Assembly (NCBI RefSeq): GCF_006345805.1
Contig: NC_043009.1
Span: 71,300,001 to 71,364,000 of the forward strand
From: Octopus sinensis
Lineage: Eukaryota
Direction of reading: 5' to 3'
DNA: 64,000 nt
Shown piece after piece: positions 52,575-64,000 of this stretch (positions are counted from its first letter, which is position 1; each line of letters begins with the position of its first letter). The translations under genes were made by a program, and so were the position numbers. Below the pieces are notes generated by a model that did not search any database, was not told the origin of the DNA, and was given only the letters and a program-made list of their open reading frames with translations.

Positions 52575-52644
52575 AATGATAATAATAATAATAATAACAA
52601 CAACAACAACAACAATAATAATAATAATAATAATAATGATGATG

Positions 52645-52693
<49 letters not shown>

Positions 52694-52756
52694 TAATAAT
52701 ATTAATAATAATAAAAATAATAATAATGATGATGAGGATGATAGTAATAATAATAA

Positions 52757-52816
<60 letters not shown>
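52455..52816. repeat. Long compound (AAT)n tract with AAC/GAT variants
   Basis: Direct reading; it is the 5' flank of the Dong-type element. Confidence 0.95.
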
Positions 52817-52818
<2 letters not shown>

Positions 52819-54880
52819 GGATCATATGGCTGTAAAGATCAACTAATGATTAATAAAGCCATAACTGAAGACAGCCACAGAAAGAAGAAAGGCCTCAGTA
52901 TGGCCTGGATTGACTACAAAAAGGCGTTTGATAGCATCCCCCACAAATGGATTCTCGAAACTCTAGCCATTAACAAAGTAGCACCAACAATAATAAAATT
53001 CATAGGGCACTCTATGAATAAATGGCAAACAGTCCTACACCACCAAACAAAAGAGGGACTCATGAAAACCAAAGACATCTCCATTAGAAGAGGAATATTC
53101 CAGGGAGACACGCTCTCTCCACTCCTTTTCTGCTTGGCACTGTCACCTCTATCTGATATGCTAAATAGAACTGGATGCGGATATAAATGTTACGGCAAAA
53201 CGATCAGCCACCTTTTATATATGGATGACCTAAAACTATACGCTACAAATGACAAACAGCTGGAAACACTATTAAAGACAGTTCATGGATTTACCAAAGA
53301 AATAGATATGAAATTTGGATTAGAAAAATGCGCCAAAGTAACCATGAAAAGAGGAAAACTAGTTAAGAGTAGCAACATCACACTAGATAAAACCAATGAA
53401 GTAAAAGAATTAGACCAAAGCCAAATTGACAAATACTTATGAATCCATGAACTAGATCAGACACAACACACACAAATGAAAGAGAAAATAAAAAAAGAAT
53501 ATTATAGACGAGTTAGATCACTACTAAAAACAGAGCTCAATGCTAAAAACAAGATAATAGGTATTAACACTTTAGCTGTCCCAGTTATAAGTTACAGCTA
53601 CAATATCCATAACTGGACACTAAATGAACTGACCAAAATAGATAGGAAAACAAGAAAAATAATGACAGGATCTAGGATGCATCACCCAAAATCTGACATA
53701 GAAAGACTATATATACAACGTATAGAAAGTGGTAGAGGCCTTATACAACTGGAAAACTACTATAAAATAACCACCATAGGACTGCAAAAATATCTACTTC
53801 AAAAGGAAGGAAAACTGATCCAGAGAGCAGCAAAACACGAGCAAAACAAAAAACTGTTCTCAGTATTTAAGGAAGCTGACAAATACAAACAAGAAATCAT
53901 ACCACCTAATAAATATGAAGAAATAGAAGAAGATGAAGAAACAACAAAAGCTATAAAACAAATGAAATCCAAACTAAAAATAGAACAGCAACGAACCATG
54001 ATAAAACGATGGCAAGAAAAGCCCCTTCATGGTAAATACTGGACTAAACTAAACGCAAAAGAAATAGACAAAGAAAAATACCAGCAATGGTTGAGAAGCT
54101 CAGGACTCAAAGCAGAAACAGAGGGATTTTTAATTGCAGCACAAGACCAAAGCCTCCCCACCAGAAATTACCAAAAACATGTAATGAAAAGAAATATTAC
54201 AAGTAACTGCAGAATATGTGGAGATGGACGAGAAACAATAAATCATATTATCTCTAGCTGCCCAGTCCTGGCTAAGAAGGAATATATTCACAGACATGAC
54301 AGAGTTGGAACCTACATACATTGGAAGCTATGCCAACATTATGGAATAACAACAGAAAAAAGATGGTATAGGCACACACCAGAAAAGGTCACAGAAAACG
54401 AGAAAGCAACCATACTCTGGGATATGCCGATACACACAGATAGAGAAATTAAGGCCAACAGACCAGATATAGTTGTCAGAGACCATGAAGAAAAAAAATG
54501 CTTTCTAATTGATGTATCAGTACCGGCAGATGACAACGTGTCTCTAAAAGAAATGGAGAAACTCTCAAAATACAAAGACCTGGAAATAGAGGTAACTAGA
54601 ATGTGGAATCTGAAAACAGAAACAATTCCTATCATAGTAGGTGCATTAGGCATGATAAAAAAATATTCAGACAAATACATAACAAAAACACCAGGACTTA
54701 CAAACACATATAACATACAGAAAATTGCACTACTAGGCACTGCACACATCCTACGCAGAACACTTTCCATACAATAACCATCAGAGCATCACAACAAATC
54801 ACAGCACATACCCAAGGCACACAGAGCTGCGCTCGGTAGTGAAGTGAAAGCACGCTATAAAAATAAAAATAAAACTACTG
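52817..54880 (+). mobile_element. 5'-truncated R4/Dong-clade non-LTR retrotransposon (RT + CCHC + restriction-like endonuclease) with one in-frame TGA at 53440-53442
   Basis: ORFs 52846..53442 and 53476..54777 are in the same frame. Motifs: WIDYKKAFDSIPH, RGIFQGDTLSPLLF, LYMDDLKLY, FGLEKC, KYL*I (expected KYLG), CRICGDGRETINHIISSC, RHD, RPDIV..IDV, KLSKY. (AAT)n on both sides. Confidence 0.96.
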
Positions 54881-54946
54881 AATAATAATAATAATAATAA
54901 TAATAAATAATAATAATAATATAATAATACTAATAATAATAATAAT

Positions 54947-55009
<63 letters not shown>

Positions 55010-55010
<1 letters not shown>

Positions 55011-55160
55011 TCGAAGAATACCTTGGGAATGAGAACCCAGATTCGAAATTTTTCCAAGACACCTGATGAAAGCCGGAGAATATATCAGCAGAAACGTTTT
55101 GTTAACAACAAAGAAGATGAGGACAAATTTCCGTCAAATGTAAATAATATAAATAATGTA
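55010..55160 (+). mobile_element. Hammerhead-bearing short element, third copy
   Basis: Colinear with 41885-42037; CUGAUGA at 55063-69, GAAAC-GUU at 55091-98, stem II mutated. Confidence 0.8.
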
Positions 55161-55181
55161 TCTATTCGTCTATTATTATTA

Positions 55182-55669
55182 TATGTTTGACTTTTGCTTT
55201 GCATTTGTACAAGTTGACTTCAAGTCTCACCCAGAAACCTCAAGAGACAACAGGTTGGAAGTTCATGTTGTTGTTATGCCTAGGGTGCCATATATTTGGT
55301 TTTGTACATAGTATTGTTCAAGAGAATGTTTAAGCAACCATAAGAAAATAATGAGTTTCTTTTAAAATTTGAGATTACATGGGACAGTATTTTACGTAGG
55401 ATATGGGCTGTTCCCATGAGCACTATCTTTAGAATTTCTGTCATTTTGGGGTTTCTTGGTATCTAAGTTAGGTAGGAATCAGCCCCTTTTGCTATCATTC
55501 CAAGGGCAATTATGATAACAGGTATTGTTTTAGTCTTGAGGTTTCACATTTTGCCAATTTCTATTTTAAGATCTTTATACTTGCTCAGTTTCTGGTAGGT
55601 CTTGACAGATACGTTTATATCGATTGGGACAGTCATACCAATGAGGAGACATGACTTTTGTCTGAAGTC
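55182..55669 (-). mobile_element. R4/Dong-type LINE 3' fragment, same subfamily as 46604-47557
   Basis: Reverse complement matches 47087-47557 including the 3' UTR; (TTA)n on both sides. Confidence 0.9.
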
Positions 55670-55736
<67 letters not shown>

Positions 55737-55959
55737 CATTTTTATTATAATTCGAAGACGTGTGAAGCGGAGCAAAATGTTATACAGAAACGATGGAGGA
55801 AATGAAAGACATTAAAGACATTAAAGACAAATTGAAAAGTTATTTAATTAGTAATTGCACAGAAATATAATAAAACAAAGCAATTAGATATAAATAAAAG
55901 GTAATAAGATATGAGGAATGTTAGAAAGTGGTGGGTAGGTCGGGTTAGATCTCTTCATG

Positions 55960-56640
55960 TTCCTATTCACTGGACATTCTTCCTGCTGTTGTCTCAACCA
56001 TTCAAAGTCAATCATTTGTATTTTTAGAGTTGGCTGGGGTAGATAAAAGCCTTTGTCTTCTGGATAAGACTTTCACAATTCATTGTGATGTCCAATTGTT
56101 TCTACCAGTCGCTCTTTCCGTGGCCATCACTGACAGGACGTATTTGCCTCTTCTCAGTCACTTTGATCTTTAAAGATTAATCAATCATTTCATCCTCTTT
56201 CTTTTAACATCTCCATCCTTATTGCGAGGGGTGGAATCATTGTTATTTCTAGGAGGTTGTTCCGCCTCACCCGTTTCAGTTGCTTTCGGTTTCTATTGTC
56301 GAACTTTTTTTTTAACCACTTCCTTCTTTCTTCCGTTCGTGCTTCATTCGGCAGTTTGGATATTTCTTTTTCTGCAACCCTTATCTTTTCCTCAACATAG
56401 GATAATGGAGTGGTGCTATTGGTTACTGCCGTTAGCAGACGCCGTGTCTCCACTCCTTTGTTTCTTAGACTGAGCAGAAGGTAATCTCTTCTGGCATTTC
56501 TAGAGCTGTGGCGAAGAATGGTTTACTTCCTCAGTTAGTCTCCACTACTTTCCTTTCTCATTTTAGTTTCAGTTCTTCAGAGGAAACGGTTTCGAAGTGG
56601 TTCTTACAAGGCATCATTAGTTCCATGCCCATGTATTGCA
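55960..56640 (-). mobile_element. Possible Penelope-like N-terminal remnant
   Basis: Minus strand RRLLTAVTNSTTPLSYVEEKIRVAEKEISKL, then KVLSRRQRLLSTP...MVETTA, loosely resembling the PLE vLskGlnF.PtP...vE region. Weak. Confidence 0.3.
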
Positions 56641-57773
56641 GCCCTTACATTCATTCATTCATTCATTCATTCATTGTTCTCTTGGATTACATCCTGCGAC
56701 AAGGAGGCATTATCTGATTTTAGAAAATCCTTCTCTTTATTTCGGATGGGGACTGTTTAAATCTAAAACTTCTGTTTGTGACACAACACATCCAAAACTA
56801 GCTTTATATGAGTAAATATAAACGTTTGTCACTGTGCAGATGTTGTTGCTGTTGTCACGATCTTCAAAGTTATTGTTCGACCATTTTTCTTTTATTACTT
56901 GTTCATTAAAATGATAATTTTCCTCTTTTTTCCTGTCATATCTTACTTTTGTACTGTTTCTCTGTCATGTTTCGGTTATCATATTTTACTTTCTGCGAAT
57001 CTGCGAAACATTTTCAGTGTGAAATGTGATTAAACGTAAACAAAAAACTTAAAATCTAAATAAAAACTATTTTGTCCCCAAATAATGAGTGTTTTCGGGT
57101 GATTTATACTTTGTTTTGGCAAAAGTGTGAAAGCGAAGGAAAAAAATGATTTCAATATTTTTCAGGTTTTTTACGCTCTAATTACTAATTCTGTTGAGAT
57201 CAACTTTGCCCTTCATCCTTTCCAGATCGATAAATTGAAATACAAACCAATTTCTGGATTCCATCGTATCGATTAATACAAACCCCTTAAAATTTCTTAG
57301 ATGACAGAATCGCTATAGCGCGGGAAATAAGGTCATGCGACGCTTCTGACAGCTCTTCGTAATCTGGGTTCAAACCCTGCCAAGGTTAACTTTGCCACCG
57401 ATCAGAAAGCAATTTGTCCGCTGGAATTATAAACAAAGCCAGGGACTTTGTTTAGGCTCAGTGTCCCAGATGCTTCCGGCTGACAAGACACTACAGAATG
57501 CCTTGCGCCGAAGCAGTGCTGGGCAAATTGCTGTCGTAAGCGAGACACGTTATTCTGTGACATACACAACAGCGATCAGCATATTTTGCGTCTGAACCTG
57601 CCTGGACGTGTTAAGAATGAATATTCGAATAAAACAATGTTAATGAATGTTACTATTATTATCTCTGATCATGTTTCAGCTTTTTATAGGAGAGTCTTAC
57701 TTTCAAACGTAAAGGAACAACACTCCACTAACCACACACGAATACGGGTGGGGGTGAGTACGTGTGTGTGTGT

Positions 57774-57808
<35 letters not shown>

Positions 57809-57934
57809 TGGTTATTTTAGTTCTAAACCTCGAAAAGACGAAAGACAAATTCCACCTGGACGGGTTTTGACTTCAAGGAAGCAGAACCAAAACAAATGCC
57901 GAACGGTCTCATTGCACTCGTGCACACACGCACG

Positions 57935-57965
<31 letters not shown>

Positions 57966-58299
57966 GTATTACACATGTTTACCATCGCAGACAGAACGTA
58001 AATGGAAGGGAAATAACTCATGAGTAGCCAGTAACATGTTGCTGGAGACGTAAAGGTTTATTGAATAACATGAGATGAGTTCTTGGACGGTCTTCTGCCA
58101 GTTTCCCTCAACCAACATCATTTATTGTTGGCCAAATCGGGGCCACGGCAAGACATGCAGTGAAGTGGAATCCACTGGCAAATGAATCCCAGTTATGTCT
58201 GCATCTATACAACAATATACACTCGCAAGCATATTTATGTCTAGATTTGAACATGTATGTATATATATGTATGTATATATAAATATATATCTTTATTTT

Positions 58300-58650
58300 C
58301 GTCTCTTTGATTTGCTTCAGTTATTAGATTGTGGCCATGCTGGAGCTCCACCTAGAAGCATTTCAATCGGACGTGTCGTCCCCCATTACATTTTTATGGT
58401 TGGTGTACATAATCAGTCGATCTCTTAGACTAAACCGCTAAGTAATGGGGACATAAGCACACCAATACCGGTTGACAAAAGGTGGTGGAGGACAAACACG
58501 GACACAAAGACACACACACACAGAGTTTCATTCGGTTTCTGTTTACCAAATTCACTCACAAAACTTTGGTCGGTCCGAGGACTATAGTAAAAGACATTTG
58601 CCCAGGGTGCAGTGCAGTGGGACTGAACCAGGAGCCGTGTGGCTAGAAGC
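58300..58650 (-). mobile_element. SINE family B
   Basis: Colinear with 60795-61204. Confidence 0.8.
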
Positions 58651-58767
58651 AACCTTCTTACCTCTATTTTTGTTCTGTTCACATTTTACTTTTTCGACCC
58701 GACCCGGTGCCTTACCACCCACTCCAGTCCTGATTTATATACACATACGCACACACACATACATACA

Positions 58768-58803
<36 letters not shown>

Positions 58804-60313
58804 TATATATACACGTGTATATATTTTAGTATATATATATATTTATATATATACGGGTATATATTTTTGTATGCATTTATGTATGTGTGTATGCGTGTGT
58901 GTGCATGTATTATGTGTGTGTATTGTATATTTAGATGAAGGAGCTGACGTAAGTGGAACTCACACATTTGCCTGGAGACATTTAAACTAGTCTTATATAT
59001 ATATCTGTGTGTGTGTGCGTGCGTGCGTGTGTGTGTGTGTGTGCCTCTGTGTGTGTGTGTGTGCGTGTGTGTGTGTGTGCGCGTGTGTGTGTGTGCGTGT
59101 GTGTGTGTGTGTAAGCACTTTACATAACTATTGCTGCGCCAATGTATTTAACAAGACTTGAAAACAAAAATTATAAATCACACTCTCGCCTCAACTTTTA
59201 CTGTTTTACCTGTCATGACTCGTCTCCTTCTCTCTCTCTCCCTCACCTTCTCCTCTTATATTCTTTCTCCTCTCTCTCTCTTCCCCTCTCTCTCTCTCTC
59301 CCCCTCTCTCTCTCTCTCTCTCGCACTATCTTTAACAGGAGTGTCAGCGCATGGAGACCGCCTCGGCATTCAGTATTACAATATAGGTTATTTTATAACT
59401 GAAAGGGTGGGCGGGTGTGTGTGTGTGTGTGTGCGTTGGTTTGCACCTCTCCCTGGCTACTTAAAGCTACAAACGTTGAACCAGAATTAAATGAAAATAT
59501 ACATTAATTTCCACGAATGAGTGGGACAAGCAGATTTTAATGACTAATTTTTCGTAACGAGACGCTGAAAGTAATGTGTGTGTGTGTGTGTTGTGTGTGT
59601 GTGTGCGTGTGTGTGTGTGTGTGTATTGCGATGGTCGACGTCTCCCCCTCCTTGCAATGTCGTCTACATATTCTGGCATTTGAAAACATCCTTGTTTTCG
59701 TATTATTTTTTGCTTTTTTTTCTCTCTTTTTCTTGTTTTTAACCCTGCGCGACCCGACCTACTGTTAAAGAGAGACGTGGATGGTAAGGAAATATACGTG
59801 TGGGACAGCCAAATATAATGGCACGAACGCTTCAAAACAACTCTTCTCTCTCTTTCTCCGGTCGGTCTCTGCTTCTCTCTCTATTTCCTTATCTGCTTTT
59901 CTCTCTATTTTTCTGTTGTTACTATTTCCCTGTCTCTGCTTGTCTTTCTATCAATGAATCTGTTTTCTGATTTCATTCAGTTTATATCTAACAAGTGGAA
60001 CTTCGATTCGTAGCCTCTCAGAGTAGAATGGCTGTTGGCACCGACGGTGCTGAGGAGCCGGGTTCTTCATTTAAATCTGGACGATGGGAACGAAATTCTA
60101 TATGAATGCTAAACCTTACAAGAAATATCAGTCAAACCTCCCTCAAATCATACTTTACCGTATTAAGATAAGGGAAACACATTTTATAACGTAATTCCCG
60201 ATTGAAGCACTTTCTCTGGAAATAAAACGTGGTGGTCCGGCTGCAATGTCTCTGATCATGTTTGGTCAATCAGAACCGAACTGGGGTTCAACAACGATAA
60301 TTAGTTACGTGTG

Positions 60314-60315
60314 TC

Positions 60316-60383
<68 letters not shown>
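60314..60383. repeat. (GTA)n microsatellite
   Basis: Direct reading. Confidence 0.95.
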
Positions 60384-60384
<1 letters not shown>

Positions 60385-60794
60385 ACATTCATATAACAGA
60401 TTTAGGCAATCATTTAAGAATAGGATGTATCGGTCGATGGGTGGCATTATTGGACTTCGCAAAAAAAGTGAAGTGAGAGCGATATAAGAGAGAGAGAGAG
60501 AGGAAGAGAGAGAGAGAGGAAGAGAGAGAGACAGAAAGCGAGAGAGGAAGAGAGAGAGAAAGAAAGAGAGAGAAAGAGAGAGAGTAGTAGACATAAACAG
60601 ACAGGTAGATAGATAGATCAACAAGGTAAACAATTACAAACTGGTCGAAAAGCGAGACTAAACGAACTGGAAAGCACACACACGACACACACACAACACA
60701 CTCATACACACATGCACACGCACACACACACACACATTTCTTTTATCTTTTACTTGTTTCATATATATATATACATACATATATATATATATAT

Positions 60795-61204
60795 CTTTTA
60801 CTCTTTTACTTGTTTCAGTCATTTGACTGCGGCCATGCTGGAGCACCGCCTTTAATCGAGCAACTCGACCCCGGGACTTATTCTTTTGTAAGCCCAGTAC
60901 TTATTCTATCGGTCTCTTTTGCCGAACCGCTAAGTAACGAGGACATAAACACACCAGCATCGATTGTCAAGCAATGCTAGGGGGACAAACACAGACACAC
61001 AAACACACACACGCATATATATATATATATATATACATATATACAACGGGCTTCTTTCAGTTTCCGTCTACCAAATCCATTCACAAGGTTTTGGTCGGCC
61101 CGAGACTATAGTAGAAGACACTTGCCCAAGGTGCCACGCAGTGGGACTGAACCCGGAACCATGTGGTTGCTAAACAAACTACTTACCACACAGCCACTCA
61201 TGCG
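60795..61204 (-). mobile_element. SINE family B, best-preserved full copy
   Basis: Minus strand: tRNA-like head gagtggctgtgtggtaag...ggttccgggttcagtccc, body, internal (TA)(TG) tract, tail tgaaacaagtaaaagagta. Confidence 0.9.
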
Positions 61205-61322
61205 CACATATATATACACACATACATACATAAATAGATGTACATATATAATTTATATATATATATATATATGACTTTGTCCCTCTTAGTGTGAGGCATT
61301 TATGTGTAATAATGCCCTCTAT

Positions 61323-61370
<48 letters not shown>

Positions 61371-61456
61371 TAATATGTATATATTACTATATATATACAT
61401 ACATGCATACATACATATGTATGTGTATGTATGTATATATTTGTATATATATGTAT

Positions 61457-61487
<31 letters not shown>

Positions 61488-61536
61488 CATATATACATAC
61501 ATTCATCCATACATACATATATATATGTGAATATAA

Positions 61537-61574
<38 letters not shown>

Positions 61575-62514
61575 TGTACACTCACAGATACACACACACG
61601 TATATATATAAATACATACAATACATACATGCATGCATACGTACATTCTTATATATTTATATGTATGTATGTATATCCTTGCGCGCACGTGCAGGCCCAT
61701 CTAGACATGCGTACAAGTGCCGTGTATATGTGCATGTTGTGTAGGCCATAAAGACAGCGAGCCATGTCCGCAGATATTCGTAAATGCAGCCATTCACGTA
61801 AATATAGACACGGTTCAGTGAATCGAAACCAAGCTAGAGTCAGTGAGGCGACGGAGCGAGAAGTGACAGAAGAGAAAACGGATGGAAGGCGTGAGAAACA
61901 GTTTCGTTGTTCATCGGAATGAAAAATAATAAATTATTGCATGGACCTAAATATTTAAGGAACGTACAATTCCCAGTAAGCCAGACTGCTTTAGGGCCGG
62001 GCAGATAAAATGGGAAAGGCGTTGACCCGGAGGATGAGGAGCGAGACGCAATGTAGGAAGTTGTGAAGTAGAGTCTAGTTATCTCCCTTTAACGTTCTGG
62101 CTTCGAATCTTTGTTAGTTTTGATCGAAAGATGTATTTTTGCTGCCATCGAAGCCTCTTTCCTCCACTCTTGCAATTCGGCTTTGAAAGAGTAAGTGAAG
62201 GAGAGAGACCAGAAGGACACAGAAAATGGTTTATGGAAGTTCGTTGTCACGCGTTCGAAACTGGTTTGGGGGGTTGACTTTTCGTCTTTTTCTCATGGTG
62301 TAGGTCTCCTAGTATAATTCCATTCCCATCTTGGTATATGTGTCTCAGGACTTTGTTTTATAGACCCCAGGAAGGTTAAAGACAAACTTGACATCAAGAA
62401 GATTTGAACTCAGAAAGTAAGAATCCATAACAAAGACAAGTTGTCCTGCGTGTTATTAAATGTTCCACTCCATCGACCTTCATAATAAACAACCCATGAA
62501 ATGTTGTAGCTTTA

Positions 62515-62983
62515 AGTTATGACACAAGGCCAGCAATTTCAGGGGATTGGGGGGGGGTCGATGTAATAGACTCCCCTCCCTTAATGTTCGACTGCTACTT
62601 ATTTTATCAACCCCGAAAGGGATGAAAGGTAAAGTCGACTTCGTCGGAACTTGAACTCAGAACGTAAAGGCGGTCAAAATGCTTAGCAGTATTTCATCCG
62701 GTACGCTGACGAGTTTGCCGCTCGCTGCCCCTAACCTACGAAATATATTGGTTTCAAATTTTGGCACAAGGCCCGCAATTTGGGGAGAAGGGGGAAAATC
62801 GATTACATTGACCTCAGTGCTTTGTTAGTATTTATTTTAACGACCCCGAAAGGATGAAAGGTAAAGTTGACCCCAGCGGAATTTGAACTCAGAACGTAAA
62901 GACAGACGAAATGCCGCTAAGCATTTCGCCCTGCGCAGTAACGATTCTGCCAGCTCGCTGCCCCTAACATACGAAATATATTG
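62515..62983 (-). mobile_element. Two head-to-tail family A SINEs sharing a 30-nt flank
   Basis: ctcgctgcccctaac(c/a)tacgaaatatattg at 62721-62750 and 62954-62983. Confidence 0.8.
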
Positions 62984-63401
62984 CTTTTGTTTTTAATGTA
63001 GATTCGAAAGGGGCAATGAATGGCAAAGAGTTGGGCGAAAGTCCTTGCAGCATTTAGTTTATATATTTTTAGGGCCCAAGTTCAGCTCCTACCAGGTTCG
63101 ACAAATATTATCCTAATAATATATTGGTGATCTGCCCCTAAATCTGTGACATAGTTTATTTTAGAAATGTCTATTTCCTACAATGTAGATATCGAGAATG
63201 ATTTGACAGAACTAGTGGAACCCTCAGATGAAACAGCTACGGTGATCCTTGATGTTCTAAGTTCTAATCCTGCCAGAGTTAATTTTGGCTTTCATTCTTT
63301 GGCAAATGTAAGTAGCCTCGTGCGTTGCTTTGTGGGTTCCATTCTCAAACAGTGCAGTGTGTTGTGTGATTAAGAAAAGGACTTCATTTCAAATTGTTCC
63401 A

Positions 63402-63899
63402 GCTTCTGACCTTAACTGATTGGAAGTGTTATCATGCGCATTGTTTTGTCTTGGTATAACACATGGGCTACAGCAAATATTCTGCTCAATACCACAGATT
63501 TGCTTGTCAGTTGTTTGACCTAACCAGTTGAGCATATCCTTTAGTGGCTGACGAGCAGAAGTAGTGGGGGAGCATCATTGCCATGTGTTGAGATGAATTC
63601 TTTGGGATTTGAATAATTTATTTCTGGGAACATGGGTGTTTTATTCAACATGCTTAAACAACCCTTATACAGGGACCTTTTGAGCTGGATGGGTTACTCG
63701 ACCAGAAGAAAATTCTAACTGGGCCTCACCTGCAAGGTCATGCACTGTTTATCTTGATATGAGATCACCATGTCGCGCACTTATGGTTGTGATGCATGTG
63801 CTTAATCTACCCTTATCAGACAGGTAGTCATGATGGGTATACTGGGCTTCGTATATTTTACCCCAGTGTCACTTGATGGCATGCACTGCTCTCTCACTC
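63402..63899 (+). mobile_element. Longest copy of non-coding family X, ending in (AAT)n
   Basis: Homologous to 18748-18952 and 51448-51776; no ORF and no tRNA A/B box recognised. Confidence 0.85.

Positions 63900-64000
<101 letters not shown>

Noticed and set aside
53440-53442. Rescue of the TGA by A-to-I editing (UGA read as UGG)
   Set aside because: It would give Trp rather than the conserved Gly, and the copy is 5'-truncated anyway; a simple nonsense mutation explains it.

Overview
A 64 kb AT-rich eukaryotic window, intergenic or deep intronic. It is almost certainly from a cephalopod (Octopus-like) genome; this is an inference from the tRNA-derived SINE families, the abundance of Dong/R4 LINEs and the microsatellite load. 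I could not identify any host protein-coding gene with confidence, and most ORFs in the supplied track are translations of microsatellites. The window is a layered transposon graveyard: (1) six fragments of at least four R4/Dong-type restriction-like-endonuclease LINE subfamilies, five of them with their 3' end at an (AAT)n tract and one (52817-54880) disabled by a single nonsense codon; (2) a full-length decayed mariner; (3) a 5'-truncated CR1-type LINE, plus RTE, Penelope-like and Chapaev3-like remnants; (4) many tRNA-SINEs. The most interesting signals are a short element carrying a minimal type-I hammerhead ribozyme (three copies, one with a 16-bp target-site duplication), a ~0.5 kb non-coding element that co-occurs with Dong at (AAT)n targets, a near-perfect 60-bp hairpin, several fold-back inverted repeats, an old ~3.7 kb tandem duplication with an inverted partner, and a spacer-less (TAA)n/(TTA)n palindrome. 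All alignments and coordinates were read by eye, so boundaries are approximate to within tens of bases unless stated.
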